Below are positions 56,203 through 64,000 of a stretch of DNA of 64,000 nt, in pieces (positions within the stretch are counted from its first letter, which is position 1; each line of letters begins with the position of its first letter). Origin of the DNA: Eledone cirrhosa (taxonomy: Eukaryota). The stretch spans positions 19,220,001 through 19,284,000 of the forward strand of contig OZ024762.1 of the NCBI GenBank assembly GCA_964016885.1, in the 5' to 3' direction. Position numbers and translations under genes: made by a program. Under the pieces are notes generated by a model, which was not told where the DNA came from, ran no database searches, and worked only from the letters and a program-made list of their open reading frames with translations.

Positions 56203-56961
56203 GTATATATATACATATATATATACATTATATATATACATATATACATACATATATGTATATGTATGTATATGTATATACATATATATATATACATATA
56301 TATACATATATATATACATATATACATACATATATGTATATGTATATATATATATATGTATACATATGTATATATATGTATATATATATACATATATATA
56401 TACGTATATATATACACATATATATATACATATATATACATATATATATACATATATACATATATATATATACATATATATACATATATATATACATATA
56501 TACATATATATATATACATATATATATACGTATATATACATATACATATATACATATATATATATACATATATATATGCATATATATATATACATATATA
56601 CATATACATATATATACATATATATATATGTATATATATGTGTGTGTATATATGTGTATATATGTGTGTATATATATGTGGGTATATATATGTGTGTATA
56701 TATGTGGGTATATATATGTGTATATATATATATGTATGTGTATATGTGTATATATATATATATGTATATATGTATAGATATATATGTATATATATATATG
56801 TATGTATATATGTATATATATATATATATGTATATATGTATATATATATATGTATATATGTATGTATATATGTATATATATATGTATATATGTATATATA
56901 TGTATGTATATGTATGTATATGTATGTATATGTATGTATGTATATATGTATATATATATGT

Positions 56962-56993
<32 letters not shown>

Positions 56994-57267
56994 GTATATA
57001 TATAAATGTATATATATATGTATATGTATATATATATGTATATGTATATATATATGTATATGTATATATATATGTATATGTATATATATATGTATATGTA
57101 TATATATATGTATATGTATATATATATGTATATGTATATATATATGTATATGTATATATATATGTATATATATATATGTATATATATATGTATGTATGTA
57201 TATATATATGTACATGTATATATGTATGTATATATATATATATGTACATGTATGTATGTATGTATGT

Positions 57268-57306
<39 letters not shown>

Positions 57307-57314
<8 letters not shown>

Positions 57315-57678
57315 AGATCAAAAGATGGTTAAAGGAGTTCAATATATTTTATTATGCGCATTTCAAAAACAAACATCATCAAGCAATAATATTTGTGTTT
57401 TCATCAGATAAAACAGGATAACATGATATGAAGGCTAAAAAACACTTGTTGATAGTGCAGTTTTAAATCAACATATCATGTTCTCCTGTTTTATCTGATG
57501 AAAACACAAATATTATTGTTTGATGATGTTTGTTTTTGAAATGCGCATAATAAAATATATTGAACTCCTTTAACCATCTTTTGATCTTATATTATGTATA
57601 CTCCAGTCCCACAAACTGTAGAGTGCTTCTTATCCGATATCTGCATTGCTTTATTGTACTACAATAAAACTCACCTCC
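57307..57678. mobile_element. Head-to-head foldback element family B with two HHRs
   Basis: Minus core 57407-57401; plus CTGATGA 57495-57501 and GAAA 57538-57541-tgcgca-TA; tail tactc...gagtgct 57599-57627 on the right arm only. Confidence 0.9.
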
Positions 57679-57713
57679 TACATATATATATATATATGTA
57701 CATGTATGTATGT

Positions 57714-57753
<40 letters not shown>

Positions 57754-57783
57754 TGTATGTATATATGTATGTATGTATGTATG

Positions 57784-57817
<34 letters not shown>

Positions 57818-57905
57818 TGTATGTATGTATGTATGTATGTATGTATGTATGTATGTATATATATATATATGTACATGTATGTATGTATATATGTATGTAT
57901 ATATA

Positions 57906-57940
<35 letters not shown>

Positions 57941-58194
57941 GTATATATATAGGGTCGACCTTTTTCTTTCCTTATTTTATATTATATATTCTATATAAAT
58001 ATTAGTTTTTATTTCGTTTCGTTTCGTTTCGTTTCTTGTAGTTTCAGTTTTTGCATAATTTTTCGATTTCTCAGATATCTGTATAAGGAGGAGGAGGAGT
58101 AGGTTGTAGAGGAAGCATGGTGGTGTGGTGGGAGACTACAGATTGCTTGACGCAGACGATAGAAGACTTTACAGTTTTTTTTTATATATTTCTT

Positions 58195-58269
<75 letters not shown>

Positions 58270-58674
58270 AGAGACGCATATATATAACATACTTAGAGTA
58301 AAACAGAAATAAATACATACTTAAAAAAATTGTTGTGAAAAGTTTAGAAAATTATTCTATGAAGAAAATATATCTGTCGATAAAAAGTTGAAATAAAAAA
58401 GTTGATATACATGTATATGTATATATAATGTATGTATGTGTGTCTGTATGTGTGTATATATGTGCGTGTCTGTATGTGTGTATATATGTGTGTGTGTGTG
58501 TGTTTGTGCGTATAGAAGAACTGCTATTCCGCGCGCGCACACACTGTAAACAGAGGAGGCCTGGTGTTGTCTCTCTCCGACATAACTTTTTCCCCTCAGA
58601 AAACCTCCAGTGGATGGATACGAAATCCGAAATATAGGGACAATAAAATCACTTCCAAGGTAACTCTATCTCTT

Positions 58675-58787
58675 GTCAAATCCCGCCGAGGTTAACTTTG
58701 CCTTTCATCCTTACGGGGTCGATAAAATAAAGTACCAGTAAGGCACTGGGATAATTGCTGGCCTTGTGCCTAACGTAGAAACAATTA
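58675..58787 (+). mobile_element. 5'-truncated main-family SINE (the only plus-strand copy seen)
   Basis: caaatcccgccgaggttaactttgcctttcatccttacggggtcgataaaataaagtaccag. Confidence 0.85.
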
Positions 58788-58935
58788 TTTTTTCCTACGT
58801 TCTTTTAAGCCCTCTACGTCGTATTCTATGCTTCTTCTTACATCTCTCTCTAATTACCACCTGATTCTGTTACCTGGAGATTTACCCGACTATTTTTTAA
58901 TACCTCACAATGCTTCAAGCAAACTTCAATACTCT

Positions 58936-58987
<52 letters not shown>

Positions 58988-58996
58988 CATATATAT

Positions 58997-59038
<42 letters not shown>

Positions 59039-59128
59039 CAAATTTAGACGGGAACAAAACAGAGGCAGACATATATATGTATGTATGTATCAATATATGT
59101 ATGTATATATTCATATATATGTATGTAT

Positions 59129-59192
<64 letters not shown>

Positions 59193-59244
59193 CATGTATT
59201 AAATAGGAATTTTTAAACGAATGCTCGTGTATATTTATATACAC

Positions 59245-59892
59245 TGGTGATATCCGACTTGCACTTGATAGGTTTGATGCCAACTACTGTATGGCTGGAG
59301 TGAAAATCAATGCTGCAAAAACTGAGACGTTCGTCTTCTCAAAGAAGCCTGTCCAGTGCTCTCTACATGTAAACGGAGTTCCACTGAAGCAGGTAGAGAA
59401 GTTCAAGTATCTCGGGGCTGTGTTCACGAGTGATAGAAGTCAAGAGGTTGAATTAAGTGCAAGAATTGCAAAAGTTGGTGCAGTAATGCGCTAGCATAAG
59501 CATTCTGTAATCAGAAGGAGGAAGGTAAGTATAAAAGCCAAACTCGCTGTCTTCAATACGGTATTCCTGCCAACCCTTACAGATGGTCATGAATCTTGGG
59601 TAATGGCGGAAAGTAAAGGATCACAAATACAAGCGGCCAAAATGGGGTTCCTCCGGAAGGTCTTTGGAGTAATGTTACTCGAAATATTGCGTAGCTAGGA
59701 GATCAGTGTGACTGAAAGGATACCCGAGGGTAGACCCCCGAGCATTCTGGTTGGATTACATCCATGAGCTTGGCTGGTCTTGCTTGGGGATCCAGCCGAA
59801 GCAGTTGGAGACGGTTGCTTCTGAAGGGACCCGCAGGAATGAGTGTTTGAGGACTCTTCCCCTACGACCCTCTCAGGATTAATTGGACGAAG

Positions 59893-59895
<3 letters not shown>
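59245..59895 (+). mobile_element. RTE-type LINE reverse transcriptase/C-terminal relic
   Basis: AGVKINAAKTE...QVEKFKYLG...ARIAK...*...KAKLAVFNTVFLPTLTDGHESW...IQAAKMGFLRKV; stops and an internal deletion. Confidence 0.9.
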
Positions 59896-59937
<42 letters not shown>

Positions 59938-59940
<3 letters not shown>

Positions 59941-60082
59941 AGGACGATTTGTTAAACCTTCATGAGGTCTATTGATTTGTGACGCGCGTTTCGCTATTGA
60001 TCAGCTCAAGGTTCGATATGTATTGATCTGGCCTGACTCTGGAACCAAAAGCTCGTCAGACTTCTGCTGTAATCCACTCCCT

Positions 60083-60085
<3 letters not shown>
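59938..60085 (-). ncRNA. Hammerhead ribozyme with extended stem II
   Basis: Minus gt-CTGACGA (60059-60053)-gct...agc-GAAA-cgcgcg-TC-ac; between (TA)n tracts; homolog of 1708-1866. Confidence 0.7.
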
Positions 60086-60136
<51 letters not shown>

Positions 60137-60239
60137 CGTACAGGTATATATTACATGCATATATTAAATATATAGTTATGCATACATATATGACATCTGC
60201 TTCAATACATATACATCTATTTGTTACATATTCCGAGAT

Positions 60240-60558
60240 ACTCCGTCGGTTACGACTATGAGTGTTCCAATGTATACGATCAGCAGAACAGCCTGCTCGA
60301 GAAATTAACGTGCAAGTGGCTGAGCATTACACAGACACGCGTATCCGTACCGTAGTCCTCAGGGAGATGTAACGTGACAAAGAATGTGACAAGGCTGGCC
60401 ATTCCAACTGCAGGTACAACTTATTTTTGCCAGTTAAGTGGACTGGAGCAACGTGAAATAAAGTGTCTTGCTCAAGGATACAACCTCCTGCTGGGAATCG
60501 AACTCACAACCTTATGAATGTAAGCCGAATACCTTAACTACAAAGCCACGTGCCTTCA
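60240..60558 (-). mobile_element. Full-length tRNA-derived SINE (CORE-like plus Nin-like segment)
   Basis: Minus head gtgaaggcacgtggc, B box gagttcgattccc, ccttgagcaagacactt, cacttgcacgttaatttctcgagcaggctgttc; relics at 48700-48890, 51220-51310 and 51690-51800. Confidence 0.85.
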
Positions 60559-60560
60559 CA

Positions 60561-60596
<36 letters not shown>

Positions 60597-60936
60597 AACG
60601 TACATACATATATACAAATATACACACATACATACCTACCTACATGCATGCATGCATACATACATACATGCATGCATGCATGCATGCATACATACATACA
60701 TACATACATACATACATACATACATACATACATACATACATACATACATACAAACGTACATACATATATACAAATATACACACATACATACCTACCTACA
60801 TACATGCATGCATACATACATACATACATACATACATACATACATACATACATACATACATACATACAAACGTACATACATATATACAAATATACACACA
60901 TACATACCTACCTACATGCATGCATGCCTACATACA

Positions 60937-60967
<31 letters not shown>

Positions 60968-61913
60968 TAGTAACTGCCTCAATACAAATCTTGAGAAGCT
61001 AGGTTTCACAGGAACAGAAAGAACACAACTAGTTAGGAAATTACAAGTATAATCCATTAATGGAACAGTAAAAATATGTAAAACATTCCAAAGTTTTGCA
61101 TCTAATAACTGCATATACACATGTACAGATATAAAGCATATGCACACATACAACTCAAAACACACATCCACACATACAATAACATCCATATGCAGACATG
61201 CATAGATATCTACCTAGTTGCTGTTGTGTAAATTCCAATGAGAGTGTTGTGTCTGTTAGAAACCGACTCTCTCTCTCTCTATTGGTAAAAAAAAATGTGT
61301 GAAATTATAAAACCAGAAGAATATATATACATACATTCATACATACATACATACATATCTACGTACCTACATACATATATACATACATACATACATGTGG
61401 AGGGTAGAGAAGGGTAGAAGTGTGTAAATACAGCAAATTGTTTTTACCCATTTTTACCACCCAGCACCACTTACCACTATCGTTCATATCCCATCCCACA
61501 CACACCATACCAAATCCTTAAAGACTCTGCCGTTTTGTTGCTTTATTTGATGGGCTTGTAAGCCTCTAAGGGGCTCTTTTATAATTTACAACATGGCGTG
61601 ATGGAATTCGTGCTGCAAAAATGTTCTCTTAACTGAACGTTTATGGCAAAGTATTGATAATAAACATTAATAATTTTATAGGTTTGTTTGAAAAAGATTT
61701 TTTTTTTTTTTAATATATCAATATTTAAAAACGAGAAACTCTTTTTTTTCTTCTAGGTTTCTTTTTTATTCTACAAGTAAATTGTTACCCTTATACACCA
61801 GATTCGTTATCAAATCTGAGATGAGGTGATCAGTATTTATTTAAAGAGAAACAGAGGATGTTCTAACACAAAGAGAAAAAAAACTTATAACCCATCACTA
61901 AAGACTAAAACTT

Positions 61914-61965
<52 letters not shown>

Positions 61966-62139
61966 GCATGTATGTATGTGCGTGCGTGTGTGTGTATGGC
62001 CCCGTAACTTCTGATAAAGCCGTAGAAAAGCCGGCATTTCTTGGGCATTTTAAACCTGGCGGAGCCCATCCTTCTCCAGGCCTGAGAAAAGCAGATTTCT
62101 TCCAGAGTGAGACAGAGGAAATGAAGGAGAGATATAGAG

Positions 62140-62296
62140 GAAGAATCGACCCCAGTATTAGACTGGTACTTTCCTTGTCGGAAGGATGAGAAGCAAAGCT
62201 GACCTCAACGGGATTTGAACTCAGAGAGTTTAGATCCGGAATGAATACCATAAAGCCCTCTATCGGACGTTCTAACAACTCTGCCAATTCGCTGCC
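62140..62296 (-). mobile_element. Diverged main-family SINE
   Basis: atcgaccccagt...ctggtacttt...gggatttgaactcag...ctgccaattcgctgcc. Confidence 0.8.
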
Positions 62297-62297
62297 T

Positions 62298-62394
<97 letters not shown>

Positions 62395-62519
62395 TATATA
62401 TTATATATATTATATATATATATATATATAATATATTATATATTATATATATTATATATATTATATATATATATATATTATATATATATATATTATATAT
62501 ATTATATATATATATATTA

Positions 62520-62606
<87 letters not shown>

Positions 62607-62799
62607 TATATATATATATATATATATAATATATTATATATATATATATATAATATATTATATATATATATATATAATATATTATATATATTATATATAT
62701 TATATATATATTATATATATTATATATATTATATATATATATATTATATATATTATATATATATTATATATATTATATATATTATATATATATATATTA

Positions 62800-62839
<40 letters not shown>

Positions 62840-62850
62840 TATATATATTA

Positions 62851-62890
<40 letters not shown>

Positions 62891-62955
62891 TATATATATT
62901 ATATATATTATATATATATATATATATATACATAATATATATATATATATTATAT

Positions 62956-62987
<32 letters not shown>

Positions 62988-63393
62988 GGAGGTGAGTTTT
63001 ATTGTAGTACAATAAAGCAATGCAGATATCGGATAAGAAGCACTCTACAGTTTGTAGGACTGGAGTATACATAATATAAGATCAAAAGATGGTTAAAGGA
63101 GTTCCATGTATTTTATTATGCGCATTTCAAAAACAAACATCATCATGCAATAATATTTGTGTTTTCATCAGATAAAATAGGGAGACATGATATGGAGGTT
63201 AAAACACACTTGTGAATAGTGCAGTTTTAAATCAACATTATTGCATGATGATATTTGTTTTTGAAATGCGCATAATAAAATACATGGAACTCTTTTGATC
63301 TTATATATTATTATTTATACTCCAGTCCTACAAACTGTAGAGTGCTACTTATCGATATCTGCATTGCTTTATTGTACTACAATAAACTCACCT

Positions 63394-63395
<2 letters not shown>
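62988..63395. mobile_element. Foldback element family B with tails on both arms
   Basis: ggaggtgag...ctcacctcc termini in (TA)n; complete minus HHR (core 63171-63165); plus arm starts inside stem II at ~63238. Confidence 0.9.
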
Positions 63396-63428
<33 letters not shown>

Positions 63429-64000
63429 TCCCAGCAATTCCCAGTGGCAACCAACATGCCAAGAAATCCGTGAATTTTTCTGCAAATTTTTAATTACGTT
63501 CAAGTAGATGGAGAGAAAAAAATGTTTTGTTAAATATTTCTGTCATGAGGAAAGTTTAGTGTTTTAAAAAATTTACAATCGTCTTGGTTAACTGTGGGAA
63601 TAATTTTACTATATATTTATACATATATAGACACGTACACATACATACATGTATATATGTGTGTGTGTGTGTGTGTGCGTGTATATATGTGTATGTATAT
63701 GTATGTGTGTATGTATATATATATATATGAGTGTATATGTGTGTGTGTGTATGTGTATAAATATATGAGTGTGTGTGTATGTGTATATATATATATATGT
63801 GTGTGTATATATATATGAGTGTGTGTGTGTGTGTGTATTTATATATATGTTTGTGTGTGTGTGTATATATATGTTTGTGTGTGTGTATATATATATATAT
63901 GTGTGTATGTATATATATGTATATGTGTGTATGTGTATATGTGTGTATGTATATATGTGTGTATGTATATATGTGTGTATGTATATATGTGTGTATGTAT

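Larger units (their letters stand above)
52960..57306. repeat. Large (TA/TATG/TG)n microsatellite fields (52960-53850, 55145-57306)
   Basis: Direct reading. Confidence 0.95.

Overview
AT-rich, microsatellite-saturated eukaryotic DNA with no intact protein-coding gene that I can support. Nearly all long ORFs in the track are translations of (TA)n, (CA)n or (GGT)n repeats. The SINE families and microsatellite load resemble a cephalopod (octopus-like) genome; this is inference only. Recognisable repeats are several tRNA-derived SINE families, three RTE-type LINE fragments, a mariner transposase relic, three non-autonomous Helitrons, piggyBac-like and Tc1-like MITEs, and several TE-derived minisatellites. 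The main signal is about 30 hand-folded type I hammerhead ribozyme (HHR) motifs on both strands. They lie in 100-450 bp non-coding elements from several sequence-divergent families, mostly inserted in (TA)n tracts. These elements share a head-to-head foldback layout in which one arm keeps a 3' tail with a conserved ACTC-N(11-19)-GAGT(G/A)C stem-loop and the other arm stops just before it. One copy has expanded into nine tandem 65-bp units, each holding one minimal ribozyme. The best interpretation is non-autonomous Penelope-like retroelement (pLTR) derivatives or retrozyme-like elements. All folds and coordinates were read by eye and need computational confirmation.
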